DNA from: Tubulanus polymorphus
Lineage: Eukaryota; Animalia; Nemertea
DNA length: 64,000 nt
Direction of reading: 5' to 3'
Assembly: GCF_964204645.1 (NCBI RefSeq)
Contig: NC_134036.1
Span: forward strand, 248,001 to 312,000
A model generated the notes under the pieces. The model searched no databases. It worked only from the letters and a program-made list of their open reading frames with translations, and was not told the origin of the DNA. The translations under genes and the position numbers were made by a program. Positions 1 to 13,688 of the stretch are shown piece by piece. Each line of letters begins with the position of its first letter. Positions within the stretch are counted from its first letter, which is position 1.

Positions 1-591
1 TTTTTAAGTAACAAAGCTAACAATTTATTATCACGTGAACTTCAAGAAGCACTGGATAAAAATTCCAAATTTAGAACACAATTGAAAAGAGAAGCCATTG
101 GAAAGAAATCGTAGACAACCGAATTTCTAGTTCAAGCAAGGTTCGGGACATCCTCCAGTACCGCCAGTCGAAGCAACTAACTTCAGAAAAATGTATCTGC
201 CTCCGTGAGACTTGTATGTCTTAATAAATTACCAATTAATTTTCTTTCCAAACTTAATCGAGTTACTTTAACGACGATACCGTCGTGAAAAGATTAATGG
301 CAGCAGTCATAATTTGGTGTATCTGGTTCGAGTGTAAGTTTGATGAGGTAATTATAGTGTTAGTTATTGGAGTATGAATGTTCAGACAGATTGAGGAGGA
401 GAGCTGCTGTAATTGAGCGGATATTGAGAGGTAATCAACTAGAGATCATTTAACTCCAGCTCAAGCTCTCTCTATCTATCTCCGCCGCTCACCTACCTTA
501 GTTTAATTATCTACTTGTTCATCAAAGACATTAACAGATATAAGAGACTTCAACTGGATGTGCCAGTAATAAATGTTATATGTATATATCT

Positions 592-647
592 AACTATCTG
601 GGGCAGCCCCAGATAGTTGACCAACTGCAGCCGCTGCAGTTGGTCAA
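592..647. repeat. Two abutting perfect hairpins (12-bp and 15-bp stems)
   Basis: aactatctgggg-cag-ccccagatagtt (592-618) overlaps ttgaccaactgcagc-c-gctgcagttggtcaa (617-647). Confidence 0.7.
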
Positions 648-2868
648 AAGTTGGTTAAAGATGACCTCTGTTGATGAAACCATAGTAACAATGAACTTTT
701 AATTGTGGTAGAAAAGCTTGTGAAATTCTTCATTGAGTTGTAAACAACTCAATTCTGCAGAGATACAAATAAACCATCAAAGCAACTCTCTCTCCCCCTC
801 TCTCTCTGTCTCTATCTCTTGTTTTTGATATCTCAATCTCGTCCTGTAATTGAGAATTTCAAACTGTGTATCGCAACACCTGAAGCCAAATCTAGATTCA
901 TAAAAACTGCGCCTTTCTTGTTGCTGTAGCTGAGATGGAAACTCAGGAAAATTTCCATTTCTCATTTATTTTTTTCCAAAGCAGCACAAAAAGGAATGCC
1001 CGAAGAAACGTTGAGAAACTGCTACTGAATTCACAGAAAAAGGTCAAACTTACAACAAGCGAGGCGGCTAATCGTCTATTCAAACTATGCTTCAGAGCAC
1101 ATCAGGTTGCCTAGCTCACTCAGTTTTAGTGTTACATGCCTTTGTAAGACCAAAATTGTTAAACTTTCAAATTATGGAGTCATTTTTCTCTTTTCAACCC
1201 CTTTCAATGAAGTCTTTTTGGTAATCCTTTAATACAGTTTAAAATGGATTAGAAATTACTGGCATTTAAAGATATCAGGTACTGAACTGACTGTGAGTTG
1301 CTAGAAAACCGTAGCTATTGGGACCATAAATATTTATGCGATATTATTGTAATAAGTTCATTGATATGCAAACCGATGGCCAGGTAACTTCACTGTAATC
1401 TAATGCATATATCTTACGGTCTTTAGGGACGAGATGACTATGAAATATTCTAGAATTCCATAGAAATTCGTATCTAGTTTCAGAGTATGTGACGTTTCCT
1501 AGCGATGGTAATGCAACGAATTCAAATATAACTGTTTACATTGTTGTTCGCTAATGTTTCGGGTGCATAGATTCGTCAAAAGCTTTTGATTCGGTTACGT
1601 ATTCATTGTGGATCTAGAATTATTCATTAAACATTAACAACATCCTTTGTTTTGATATGACGACAACTTCAAAACTAACAACAGCTTGTACCGAAAAGCT
1701 GTCGAACTAACTACAAACATAAAAATATTTTAAGTTAAAAAGCTTTTGACCCTATAGACTGTCAAACTTACTTAAAAAACTAAAATCAAAACAGCTTGTG
1801 CAAGAAAGCTTTCGATCCTATTGCAAGGAAGTTTTAGAATATCGAAGTCAAGGTTTTTAAACTCGAAGAAAAACAACAACATCAAATTTCAGATTAATTC
1901 AAACAAAGCCTTTGATACTGTAAAACTCTGGTGCCTCGTGTGGGTTGCTCATGAAACGAAGTCGAGATATTTCTTATCCGTTTGAAAATCTAATTAAAGT
2001 TTTCAGATAAAATCTTCTGCCAACCGCAACATTCAATTAACACCTCGTCTAATCCGCCTGCTCGAAAACCACATCGTCACTGGATGTTTCATCAAAATTG
2101 AAATGAGTGTTTTTCGCGCGCACTTCATAAAAAATCTGATTTAAATTTGCGACCTTGAAATAGTAATCAACGTCCAATAATGCGAGTTCGGTTTGTGTGT
2201 AACATGGCAACGTTTTGTCGATGATTTGAATTTTTGAAATGATTCAACGGTTTATTGATTGGGGAAAATATAACGAGGTCAACACTTCAAATTTCAATTT
2301 CCAAAATTCATTAATACGATATTGAATGTGCACCAGATTTAGTCTATTTGCCAAATCGTCCATCAGCGAATAAAGCATCTGCCATAAAAATGGTGAAGAT
2401 CTTCATCATGCTGATATGATACTGTCACTGGAGGGAATGTTTTGGCACGTTGTGGTTTCATTTTTCAAAAGATGGTTCAAATGATTTTAATCAGTAAGAC
2501 TTTTTCATTGATCACTAAACACAGTTTCTGAGGGACACTAGCAGTACGACTGTCCCTGTGTCCAGTGTCTCGCATTTCAAGCATATTCTAATTGAATGTT
2601 TGTATTAGATGCTGAATTTCACACCTATTTGAACAATAGCCGCTGGCGGGACTACACTAAAATCTCTACGAATCCCGTTTGTGTACGCACGCGTGTGTGT
2701 GTATGTGTGTGTGATCGTCACAGGTACAAAATCAATTTTATCGATTTTTATTTCGCAGACGCTGCTGTGTGGTCTGAATCAATTTCATGACGTAGGTACG
2801 TCGCAGTAACATCCGGTCAGTGCTAAACTTAGCACAGATCAGACGGATGCCTGAGACAAAATCGCTCG

Positions 2869-2913
2869 ACCTAACCATGGACGTATATTTAGTTTATACG
2901 TCCATGACCTAAC
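2869..2913. mobile_element. 31-bp micro-MITE-like hairpin with 7-bp target-site duplication
   Basis: acctaac [catggacgtata-tttagtt-tatacgtccatg] acctaac; same termini as the element at 50947. Confidence 0.55.
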
Positions 2914-3695
2914 TATGAAAATCCTAAGGTTAAAACCTCCCTAACTTTGGTGATAAGATCAGAGCCACTTAAAAACTAAGAATATTAGAAAACTTAACTA
3001 CACTTGCCCTGAATGAAATATGGCTAAAACCAGATAGTAGCGTCGAGGAGCCACTCAAAGGTTGTCTGTCCTAGAGACTAAAATAGTAACATTGAGGGGC
3101 CTCTCAAATGTTGTCTGTCTCTACAGACTGACACTTTGGTATTTCATGTCTACAAATGATATCATCATCATGAATTTAATTCCGACCCGACGTCACAGAA
3201 ATCATTATAAATCTAATCATCGAAATCAGATATGTTCGGGTATGATTTCATAGCAGCAGCCACCAGCAGCACCAACAGTCTTACTGACCCCAAACTGAAA
3301 CTCTCGCAGACTATCTGTTGCGTTGCTTATTATATTAACAATATTTTCCCCGTGATTCAATTATTTGCATAACTTCATCATTCAACCGTCGTAATTGATC
3401 GAATTGTCCAATCAAAATTCGCGCATAATTAAATCGACCAATCGCGTTACGCGCTGTAGAATCCGTTGAACGGTTCTCGTATGCAGATGAAAAGATACGA
3501 TTAATCGTATTTCACAGCTGATATTTATATTCCTTTGATCGTATCGTAATCGTATCAGGATTCATGATACGGAATTCGACGGTGGCCGAGACTGCGGACA
3601 AATCCTCCAACTTCTCTCTTTGCCAATATGTCGAGGTTCCGGGCATTGCCTCCGAACGGAAGGGGCTGTTGAGGCCGAAACCGTGTAAAAGACTT

Positions 3696-3835
3696 GGATA
3701 GTTAAGTTATCCACCAAATGGAGAGTTAAGGTAACCAGTGGATAGTTAAGTTATCCACCAATGGAGAGTTAAGGTAACCAGTGGATAGTTAAGTTATCCA
3801 CCAGTGGATAGTTAAGTTGACCAGTGGATAGTTGA
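3696..3835. repeat. Short tandem repeat (tggatagttaagttatccacc.. units)
   Basis: Several direct copies of gtggatagttaag. Confidence 0.7.
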
Positions 3836-5345
3836 CATAGTTGACTATTGAAAGTTCGTTGTTACTATGGTATTTATCCGTCGGTTATCTTTCACCAACT
3901 TATGAGTTACTGCAGTCCCTGGATGCTAAGTGTCAACGAACGAACACATAAAATCTCAATCGTGACGTCATAAAAACCTAGACGTCCTGAAATCCGTCCA
4001 CGAAGAAGAAAATGTCGAACATGCACCCAATGAATGTCTCAGCGCCTCATTAAAGGGGCCAATATGTATTCGGTGACCTGTAAAGCAATCACTACATTAA
4101 GCAAGGCTGAAGTTGTTAATGGTAAAGTTAATCATTGTCGTTCGTCCGAGCAACATGTTACCGGATATTGCGTCGTGTTCTTTTTCTGGTCGTCATGACT
4201 CTGACTCACTCATTGTTGTAGACTTATTTGGGCATGATCAGAAAATCAAGGTGTGCGCAACATTCTGTTGTCTTGGGAACGTGAACGAAATTCATGATTG
4301 GAAAAACAGATCGGGATGCACACGTTGTTGCAAAGCTTAATTAGTAATATGGGAGATGAAGTTGGTAAACATCATATGGACCTATAGTTTATTTGTGATG
4401 GTAGTCTGACTGATGTAGTTTTAGAAGGGACCTTGTCTCTGATAGTGACGCTGCTGGTATTATTGTGGTGAGCATTGCGTTGCACAAACATGCTAAACTG
4501 GTTGTAATCAACAGCGGTCAAAACGCGCATTAAATATCACTATTCATCACTAAGTGAAAGAGCATGCTTCCGTCATTACATCATATATTCATTCGTAATT
4601 TAAACCATTAACGGGAGGTATTGTTGCGGTGAACTGTAGTCAAGGTAGATCGAGAGATGGAAAGAGGTAGAGCTGCTTTGACGGCAGGCTAGCGAGGAGA
4701 GAGGTAGATCACTGGCGACTAATGAGGAGAGACTTGAGGTAGATCATTGGCAGCTAGCGAGGGAAAGAGGTAGATCACTGGCAGCCGATTACTCTAACGA
4801 GTAAACACAATATCAGATCATATTTCTGTATCCATGATCGATCGATATTTGTTGTTGATTTAGCAGACGATGGAGATATCATCGAAATCATTGACCTTCA
4901 GTGTGTGAGTGGTGCGCTGGGTCTTTTTTTGTAACGAAATGCCGACGTTGTCAAGTTTGTTAAGATCTTTCCAATAGGTGGCGTGTTGTTCCATTATATG
5001 CAAATGAAGTCAATCAGTACGGAAGAAGAAACAATAACAAACAGTATCGATCGATATAGTGTGTTACAATTTTCACATACAACATTAACCAGAACTTCTC
5101 GATAACTTCTGGATCGGTATCTAGTTCCAACGGGCTTTTGGTGAACAGGTGTTTCTACATTTCTCGCCGGATATAACGTAAATTGATCTGATTTTCTTGT
5201 ATTTCAACGATTTTCTTACAATTTTATAATCATTTATTGAGGTAACCTCTTTTTGTAAAGCACTATGATTATGTCGTAGTACCAGCGCTATGAAAACCAA
5301 AAAAATTATTATTTTCATTTATTATATTTCATCATCGTTATCAAA

Positions 5346-5450
5346 GCCCAGTTTCGCAAAAAGGATTAAGGCCTAAATCGATTTAAGATTAACTATATTA
5401 ACAAAGAAATTGAACCGATTTAAGAGTCAACCCTTTTTGTGAAACTGGGC
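5346..5450. mobile_element. MITE-like palindromic element (GGGCCCAGTTTC-type termini)
   Basis: gcccagtttcgcaaaaagg ... cctttttgtgaaactgggc inverted termini; relatives at 9761, 10620, 11121, 16546 and 34492. Confidence 0.5.
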
Positions 5451-5949
5451 CCCAGTATCAATTCGAAAAAAACACCAATTGCGTTTGAGTAAATAATTCT
5501 TTATGAAATCAATTTGGCGGCAGCCGGGCTGCGAGGGTTTTTATCGGTTTAAGTGCTATGTTTAGTCGGAGCGGTAAGTCGCTTCCTGGATACCACCGAT
5601 CTGTGTTAGCGGTAGAACTATTTGAAATGGAGAGACAAAATGAACGTTTCAGCGGAGAAATTGGGGTCGTGACATTTTGGATACCATTTGAATGAATAAA
5701 AGATATACAATATAAAGTAAATCGTTTGATGATTATTAGATTTTAGACTTTAGAACTTTGGGAAGAGCCAAAAAGATTTTGATGCAATTGTTCGGCGATT
5801 TCCTGCAATCGCCAACTTTTTCAGTTTTAAGATTAAGGGCAGTTCGAAAAGTTCGAAAACTTGGTGATGATAGTTTTGTAACAGACAATAACTAGACGTA
5901 GACCAGATGTGCGCAGATGCAACAGGAGGAAGGGAGCAACACGAGACCG

Positions 5950-5950
5950 C

Positions 5951-5981
<31 letters not shown>

Positions 5982-5982
5982 T
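5950..5982. repeat. (GCGT)n microsatellite
   Basis: About 8 tandem GCGT units. Confidence 0.9.
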
Positions 5983-7519
5983 TCATTCCTCACTAGTAGT
6001 ATACACTCACACACACAGAGCAATCAGTCTCCACACAACCTACCGTATCGCGCGCGCGCCATAATCATTATCACCTAACCAGATAAACTTATATCGAACA
6101 ACTAATGTCGATAGTTGGATAATCACGACAACTCTATCAAATGCTCATTTAACGGAATTAGAAGTGCTCGCCGGCTTATTGCGAGGTAGGTCTATTCAAA
6201 CTTTTCAGTACGGATATCTCTACTCTATAACATCTGAACAGCTCGTGTAGGATTCCCTAATCCACGCACGTTCTCGGTAATTCCCAAACGGGCATTTCAT
6301 CCGATAGAATTAAATAAATCGGAACAGAATTTATAGTGATGAGGTTTTAATTCAAAGCATTGTTTGGTAGAAAGTTGAACGGATACATAGTAACAAAGTG
6401 TTGTAAAATGCAAATCGTCATATATAGTAACGAAAGATTCGGTTCATTATTTCAAACAGTTTGAGTTCAATGTGCATTTTATAATAGAATTAAATACATT
6501 AGGGCGAAATTCAAAGTGATTAGGTTTTAATATAAATGGCTCTTTGATGGCATTCAAAATAGAATAAATTGCTATTAGATACATTGTAACAAACTATACA
6601 TTGTACGCAGATTATTCTCTTACAATGTAACAAAATGTTCTATTCACTTTTCATTTCTAATATCTTCTCACAATGTAACAGTGAGTTGAAATGTCATCGT
6701 GGTGAAGTTGCTTCGGATGACACAGAAGTGCGGTTATTTTTGCGAGTACCATTTCTAAGAAAATGCAAGCAAGAAAGCCGTTAAAAATGAAAGGCTTTCA
6801 AAGATAAAAAAAGACTTTTTGAAATCGTTTTAAAAAAAGCGAGTCCTAGTGAAATATTCGAAATACATTATGACACGTGTAAGGTTTCCTACCAGCGAAA
6901 GAGAATAGACGAATATCGGATATCTTTCAGTGTTTGAAAATATTCGAATTTCACTTTTTAAAAAGATTTCGAACGATGATGCAAATATCCGATACGCCGG
7001 AAGTGACATGGTGCGTTTAGATTAAGTTCAAGCAGTGAAACGTTTTACTTTTTGATAATTCTTTGGAAGTTATTGCAAAAACTGTAGAAAGCAAATCGTA
7101 AAAAAATCTGGTTTAGCGGTATAAAAAGCTTTGCGAAACAGTTAATTAGTATCAAAGGCTTCTTAAAAATCAATAAACGCCAAAAACTAAGATGAAAGGT
7201 AGGCGCACGGAAATGTTGCTTAGTTAATCACAAATATTGCTGGATTCTTTTCCTATTCATAATCAGATTAAAGGAATCCAAATCGAAAAAAGCAGCCACG
7301 TGACTAATAACGACACGAAGTTAATTACCAGGGAGGCAAGATGCACATTTCTCTCTCCAGATCGTGGGATTTCGCGTTTATGAAAAGGACTGAATGACGT
7401 GCGCGGATAGCTCTGACGATGACTCGGCGTAAAGTCACGCTATACCGGGTTGTGACTGATTAATAGAATGGGTGGAGACAGGAAATTGGAAGTCAGATCA
7501 GTTCTGAACACTAGTTACA

Positions 7520-7810
7520 TGTACCACGGCACCACCACGGTACCACCACGGTACGGTACCTTGTACCATGTAGCACCGTACGGTACCTTGTACCACAACG
7601 GTTCGGTACCTGAACCACACAGCACCGTACGGTACCTTGCACCACGTACTCACCGTACCGGTACCTTGCACCACCATGGTTCGGTACCTTGTACCACAGC
7701 ACAGTGTGGTACCTTGTACGTACAACCACGGTACCTGTACCACACAGCACCGTGTGGTACCTGATACACACAGCACCGTACCACCTGTACCATACAGCAC
7801 CACAGGTGCT
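7520..7810. repeat. Degenerate GTACC/CACGG-rich minisatellite
   Basis: Repeated ggtaccttgtaccac-type units; explains the overlapping spurious ORFs. Confidence 0.85.
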
Positions 7811-8294
7811 TGTTCTGTAAAACAGACAATTTCTTAACCGTCGCCTCCGATCCAATGATGTACACATGTTTTAATCCGTGTCGTCTTGGTAATACTGAAA
7901 TCACTACGGATACCACAACAATACGCAGCTTAATACATGTCGCTATGGTTACATACCTTCCCTGATACAAAACGGAAGTGGAAAGTATTAAAATGAATTA
8001 AGAAATGTCGTGCTCGATTGAAAATATGATTAACGATTGGATTGGAAAAAAAGATAACAAAGCTTTTAAACAAGTGATCCCAAGGTTTGATAGTTCCATG
8101 AGACCACTGAGTATTTTCTGTAAAAAGATCTCTACTGTTGCCGGAATCACGGATAATAAATACTGAACGGCTCCCGGAATCGCGGATATTCATCATATTA
8201 CTGAACGTTAAAAGTTCAGATTTTATTGTGAACCCTAGAAGAAAGGTTGATTACACGAAAACACGTGATTGAGAAGCATTGTTTTCGAAGGCTA

Positions 8295-8408
8295 AATTGA
8301 AGTCACGAGGGAGAATTCATTAATTGAAGTCACGAGGGAGAATTCATTAATTGAAGTCACGAGGGAGAATTCATTAATTGAAGTCACGAGGGAGAATTCA
8401 TTAATTGA
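8295..8408. repeat. 27-bp tandem repeat x4
   Basis: Unit aattgaagtcacgagggagaattcatt. Confidence 0.9.
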
Positions 8409-8829
8409 CGATCTGTCCATCATAATCTATTAGTTTGTCAGACGACTGATTGAAACGTCACCAACCGCTGAAATTGTCAATTTACCGCCACTTAGTTTTA
8501 ATAATTCGCCACTCTTCCGCGATATCAGGACACGATGTAGCAATTCTATGTCGTGTGAGTTTCTCAGAATTCCGCAGAACAAAACTCACCACTAAAATAG
8601 GAAATCTGCAGAGCTCGCTATTTGGATGATATTGAAAACACTGCGTTTTATTTACACGAGTAATAATTGCCGGCGTAGATGTAACCACCGATTTCCAATC
8701 AAACGATTCGATCGATTTTGTTCTCAATTCATACGGAATTACGGAATATTTACACAATTACAGATTTTATCTTGGGTATTGAGATAATTGAGTGTGTAAC
8801 ATGTAATATGAAACCGTACTCAATGTAGT

Positions 8830-9140
8830 TATGAGGGCTGAGGAGGGAGAGGAGAGTGTGAGGGGACGAGAGGGGAGGGGAGAGAGTGAGGGGACGAGAG
8901 GGGAGAGAAGAGTGTGAGGGGACGAGAGGGAAGAGGAGAGTGTGAGGGGACGAGAGGGGAGAGGAGAGAGTGAGGGGACGAGAGGGGAGAGGAGAGTGTG
9001 AGGTGACGAGAGGGGAGAGGAGAGTGTGAGGGGACGAGAGGGGAGAGTGTGAGAGGGGAGAGGCGAGTGAGGTTATAAGAGGGGAGAGAGTGAGAGGGGA
9101 GCAAATGGGGGAGGGAGTCAGAGACGGAGGGAAGGGCGAA
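8830..9140. repeat. Purine-rich (GA) minisatellite
   Basis: gagtgtgaggggacgagaggggagag-type units. Confidence 0.85.
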
Positions 9141-9760
9141 ATGCAATCTTTTTAAAAGAAAACGGCCTTTATTGTTGAATCCATGAATACCGTCCAATTT
9201 TTGATGCGTAAATACTCTTAATTTTATTAATTATTTTTCAAAATACATTTTCAATTCGTCTAATTACTCTTACATCGATGGCAAAGCCGCTGACGTTTGA
9301 ATTTTGAATTTCAACGCTTGTGTTTATTGGCAGGCGTAATGTCGATCGCAAAACGATAGAAAGCCCTAGAGAGAAATTACCCATAATCCACTGGGACAAA
9401 CCGGAAATCTGTAAATATCACGCGAAATAAGTTGATCGAGTGGTGTCTGCTGGGAAAACACACTTTCAGCAAATAGAAACTAACGCATTTTTCTAACGGT
9501 TGATAATTGTTTAAAATTCAAATGTAACGACGTTTTTGACACGATTAATGATTCGTGATTTTGATCGATGCGTAATTTGAAGGACGAATCCATCATCAGT
9601 TTCCATGGAAATAGTTTCTACAGACATTCGCAATATGCAAATTAGAATATAATTGTTGGAAGAAAAGTTGCTGACAATTTGGCCCTTTTGGGGCTGAGAT
9701 AAATTCTGCTGCAACTTGGTATTTTAGTGCAAATAAATACAGTTGTTGAAGTTGTGGATT

Positions 9761-9830
9761 CAGTTCCACAGTTGTGAGTATGAGTTAACTCTGAGTTAAC
9801 ATTTCAACTCACAACTGTGGAACTGGGCCC
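9761..9830. mobile_element. MITE-like palindrome
   Basis: cagttccacagttgtgagt ... actcacaactgtggaactg inverted repeat. Confidence 0.5.
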
Positions 9831-10328
9831 TATGATGTATGACTAAGCCATCCTCCTCTTTTTAACCAAGCCAGATAAATTGTAACACAGATAGGCCTAG
9901 TTTGAACTGGTCTGACACACGTTGAGCGACGTGATTTCGATGCTGCTGCTGCTGGTGCTGCTGCTGATGATGAGATATATAGAGTGATAAATAATGAAAT
10001 TTGTCACTGAACATGAGCGATCTTAGTCATTATAGTCCAGTAATAGGAAATGTCAGAGTTTATGATAGATCTATAAGGCACTGACCACGCCGGACCACGC
10101 CGGACCAAAAACAGTGGTCTTGCTGTTTTGCTGTACGTATTTATGGAAACATGCACTTTTGAAGTCTTCTTTCAGAACTGGCTGGCCTTGAACAGTCCTC
10201 GCTGTACATGAATAGCCAGTTTGATATCGCTATCGAATAAAGAATGATTGACAAGCAGTCAGATCACACCTGACTGGTTACTGGTCACCACATTGACCAG
10301 ACACACTGACAAACTCCGTGGATCAATA

Positions 10329-10500
10329 CCGGTCTATGGTCTAGTGGTTAGCATGCTCGGCTGGCATTTCTGAGGTCGCAGGTTCGAGTCCGGCTAGGGT
10401 TATGGTCAACCTAGGGTTAGGGCTAAGGAGGTACGAGGTTCGAATCCTCCTTGGGTTAGGGTTATAGAGGTCCGAGGTTCGAATCCTGCTAGGGCTACCG
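10329..10500 (+). mobile_element. tRNA-derived SINE-like head / tRNA pseudogene with reiterated B-boxes
   Basis: A-box tggtctagtgg (10337) and B-box ggttcgagtcc (10381), plus two more ggttcgaatcc (10437, 10476); the anticodon stem does not pair. Confidence 0.55.
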
Positions 10501-11120
10501 TTGAATTTTTATGGTCAGGTTGCTGTTGGTATTGGCTATTTTAATGCCCGTTTGTCGAGTTCACTTTTTTGTGAATTACTGATCCCTGGGCTGAGAGTTC
10601 TCAAGACCTAAAAGTTCCAGGGCCTAGTTTTATGGAATGGTATCATCTTTAACCCACGGGTTAATTCAACTGAAAATTAATTAAGTTAGCCCCGGGTTAA
10701 AGTTAATACCAGTCTATAAAACCGAGCCCAGGCATGCAGCTGTGAGGTGATGATTAAGACAATAGTCGATATGTTGAGCCGAGTAATGTTAGAGGTAAAC
10801 TAAAGTGAACCCATTCTTACCGAGGGAATTCATACATAATCGTAAACTACCTTGCTAAGTGATAAATCATGTAACATTCAATCTCAATCTACTGTGTATA
10901 TATATATTTATATATAAACTGTTGGTCAGTTAAAATCGATACATAGTCAGTCTGATAACGTTCGCCCGTATCTACCTTTATTACATGTATAGAAACTATT
11001 TTGATACACGGTGTTTATCGGGGGTGAGGGGAACAGTATCTATGTCAGTTACGTATGGAAACTAATGCTTGGTCGATACCTGCCTATCGTCCAAAATAAA
11101 TGTATGGGACCAGATTTCCA

Positions 11121-11248
11121 GGATCTAGTTTCACAAAAAAGTTAAACTCAAATTTTTTGTGTTAATACTACTGGTTACTTCATGTTTTCAATGAGAACAA
11201 TTCAAACTTTACCGTTTCAGGCTTAAACTTTTTCGTGAAACTGGGCCT
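11121..11248. mobile_element. MITE-like palindromic element
   Basis: ctagtttcacaaaaaagttaaac ... aaactttttcgtgaaactggg inverted termini. Confidence 0.45.
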
Positions 11249-13688
11249 TAGATGGGATATATATTTTGCACGTTACTTTTTGGGGAGCATACCAGTATTT
11301 AGGTCTTTACAGAATGCCAAAAACCCGAGTTTATACTAGTTCTGTACCAATAAGAAGGATTTGCAAAGAGTCTCCTTCCATCAAATTGAATCATAGAGAA
11401 AGGCCTTCATTATTTGTGAAATTTCGGGTCATACCAACTGACACATCATAGCGTCCTATATTTTATGGAAATATTTTAGAAATCACGGTGAATTTCAAAT
11501 ACGTGTCTAAAAAGTTCATTAATCCTATCCCATGAAAAAGTCCGTGTGAAATGTGAATGTATCTTTGTGCTGTTAGTCAGTTTCTGGTGACACCTGTTTC
11601 GTGCCCTGCAGGGGGGTAGGCTGTGGCATGCGAATGAGGTCGATAGTTTATTGGTTGGCACTGTCTGCTGAGCTACAGCAAGCCGCTTGAGAAGCAGACG
11701 ATCAGATATCAGCTGGAAACAATTAATTGATAATTAACTAATCAGCCTTACAACTTGCCACGCGACGCGCTGAACTGTGTAGTCGTCAAAGATCTCTCTG
11801 AACCCTGTTATTGATTGAACCCCGGATCGAGTAGGACTACATCAGTCAGACTCGTCTCGTCTGTCGTGTATCTCAGAGATCGAACTGTTTTTGATTTATC
11901 GGATCGTATGAGCGCAGTTTGATGTTTGCCATTTATCACGTTAAATCCTTATTATAAATACTTATCATTTCGATATAGTTTTATAGTCATTGGTTCAGTG
12001 GTTCAGACAAATGTGTCAAAAATATCGCTATTACCAAGTTAACAGTTATCAAGAGACCCCCTAAACCTTAAGGGTGAATCCCGGGGAGTTGTGAGACTTG
12101 TACGAGACCTCAGGGCTGGATCCAGGGGGAGGTAAGACTGGTACATGTAGTAATGTTTTCGTTGAATGATGCCTTTTGTACGCAAAGATAATTGGTGCAT
12201 CCCAGTGCGTGAGTGTGCACCTAATATTCTTCGACAACAAGTCTTCCAAGAGACTAGCGGCCCAAAAGTCTCCAAAGTAGTCGACGATTCAAGCGTGTCG
12301 TATTGAATTCTTTGAACCTGCCCGACACGTGGCGACCTCTGCAGAGGGCGCTAGCTGACGGTGAAGCGAGCTGCGGCGGGAGGTCGAATGGTTTTATCAT
12401 AATTCCAGAAATTACACTGAAAGAATACGATATGAGAATTACTCATTGATATCCACCGAATTAGGTGACAGTTAATCCGACCGGAAGTCCACAAATAGAA
12501 GGATATCGTATTGACGAATTAGAAAGCGCGTTACATGACCGGCTGGTTGCGCCCTCTATAGAGGGCGCCAGCTGATGGCAAGTCGTGACGACTGCAAGTT
12601 TTACGATTACAAATGAGTAGTAAAAACTAAATGATCACAGCTCTATGGAACAAACCTTACTTGAGCCAATATTTTTTTCAACGTTTCGAAAAAATCCTGA
12701 GATTATCACCTTTTTTAACAAAGCTTTTAAAATTCTATCTTTTCAGATAAAGCGATGTCAATGTGACGCACGCGCAGTGAACGTGTGAAATAATAACTAA
12801 ACGCAAGAACGATAAATGATAAGCAAGTAATGGCAGGTGATAAACAGCAGTCAACGATAAGCAGTCGTTTTTAATACACAATTGCAGAGTATTTCACTGA
12901 CAGACAGACACAGACACAGAGGGAGACCATTGCTTAAATATTTAATAGTAACGTCCGCCTGTTTGATGGCGATGTTGTAGACAGCGGACAGCAACGTGTG
13001 AAATCAGCAAAAAAAAATCAGTCGCAATCACAGCGGAATGTGCTGCTTAATTTCCGCAGTTATCGAGACAAATGATAGCAGAAAAATTGAGGAGTTTGGG
13101 GATTGAATCGAACAAGAAATAGGCTTTAAACCTGGCGATCCTCAGGGTATCAGTTCCGAGTGTAAATCAGGAAAGCTATGATTTGTGATATTTCGATAAA
13201 GTTTTGGAAGTTTTTGACCGAAAGAGATCAGGAGAATACATGATGATCGCAGCGGCGAAATCTTATCGAGATCTCACTGTGTGAGTTGAGTTGATAGATG
13301 ATATTCTAATGAATTGATTGATATCGTGTTCTGAGAATTTCAGTCCTAATGAGACTTGTGGATGTGAACTATATTATCAATAATATAAACTGAAACCAAA
13401 TTCATTTTCGATTATATCATGTTCTATAATCTAGAATGGAACTGTTATATCGCGTGCCCGGTTCAACACAGTTTTATTATCTTTCTACCGTCTGGAGGCA
13501 GATGTGAAGTAACTGAATTCTAACTCCCGGAGAAATCCGAGATTAAACGTTTCAGCGGATTAAAAATTTATTCGCTCTACGAAAACACCTGAATATCGAT
13601 CGAAATGAACCCGGTTCCGTACCGTGAGGTGATTGGTCGATTTTTTTCATAGCTACGCAGGGACGACGGAAGTAGTTTTAACGGCAAA

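Noticed and set aside
3660-3695. Hammerhead-like ctgttgaggccgaaac
   Set aside because: Core differs from CUGANGA and no convincing stems I/III.
7468-7970. Cluster of overlapping ORFs on both strands
   Set aside because: Produced by a stop-poor minisatellite; no splice or domain evidence.
8829-9197. Pro/Ser-rich 122-aa ORF
   Set aside because: Translation of a GA-rich minisatellite.
10329-10400. Functional tRNA gene
   Set aside because: A and B boxes are present but the anticodon and T stems do not pair; treated as SINE/pseudogene. The same applies to 41209 and 58079.
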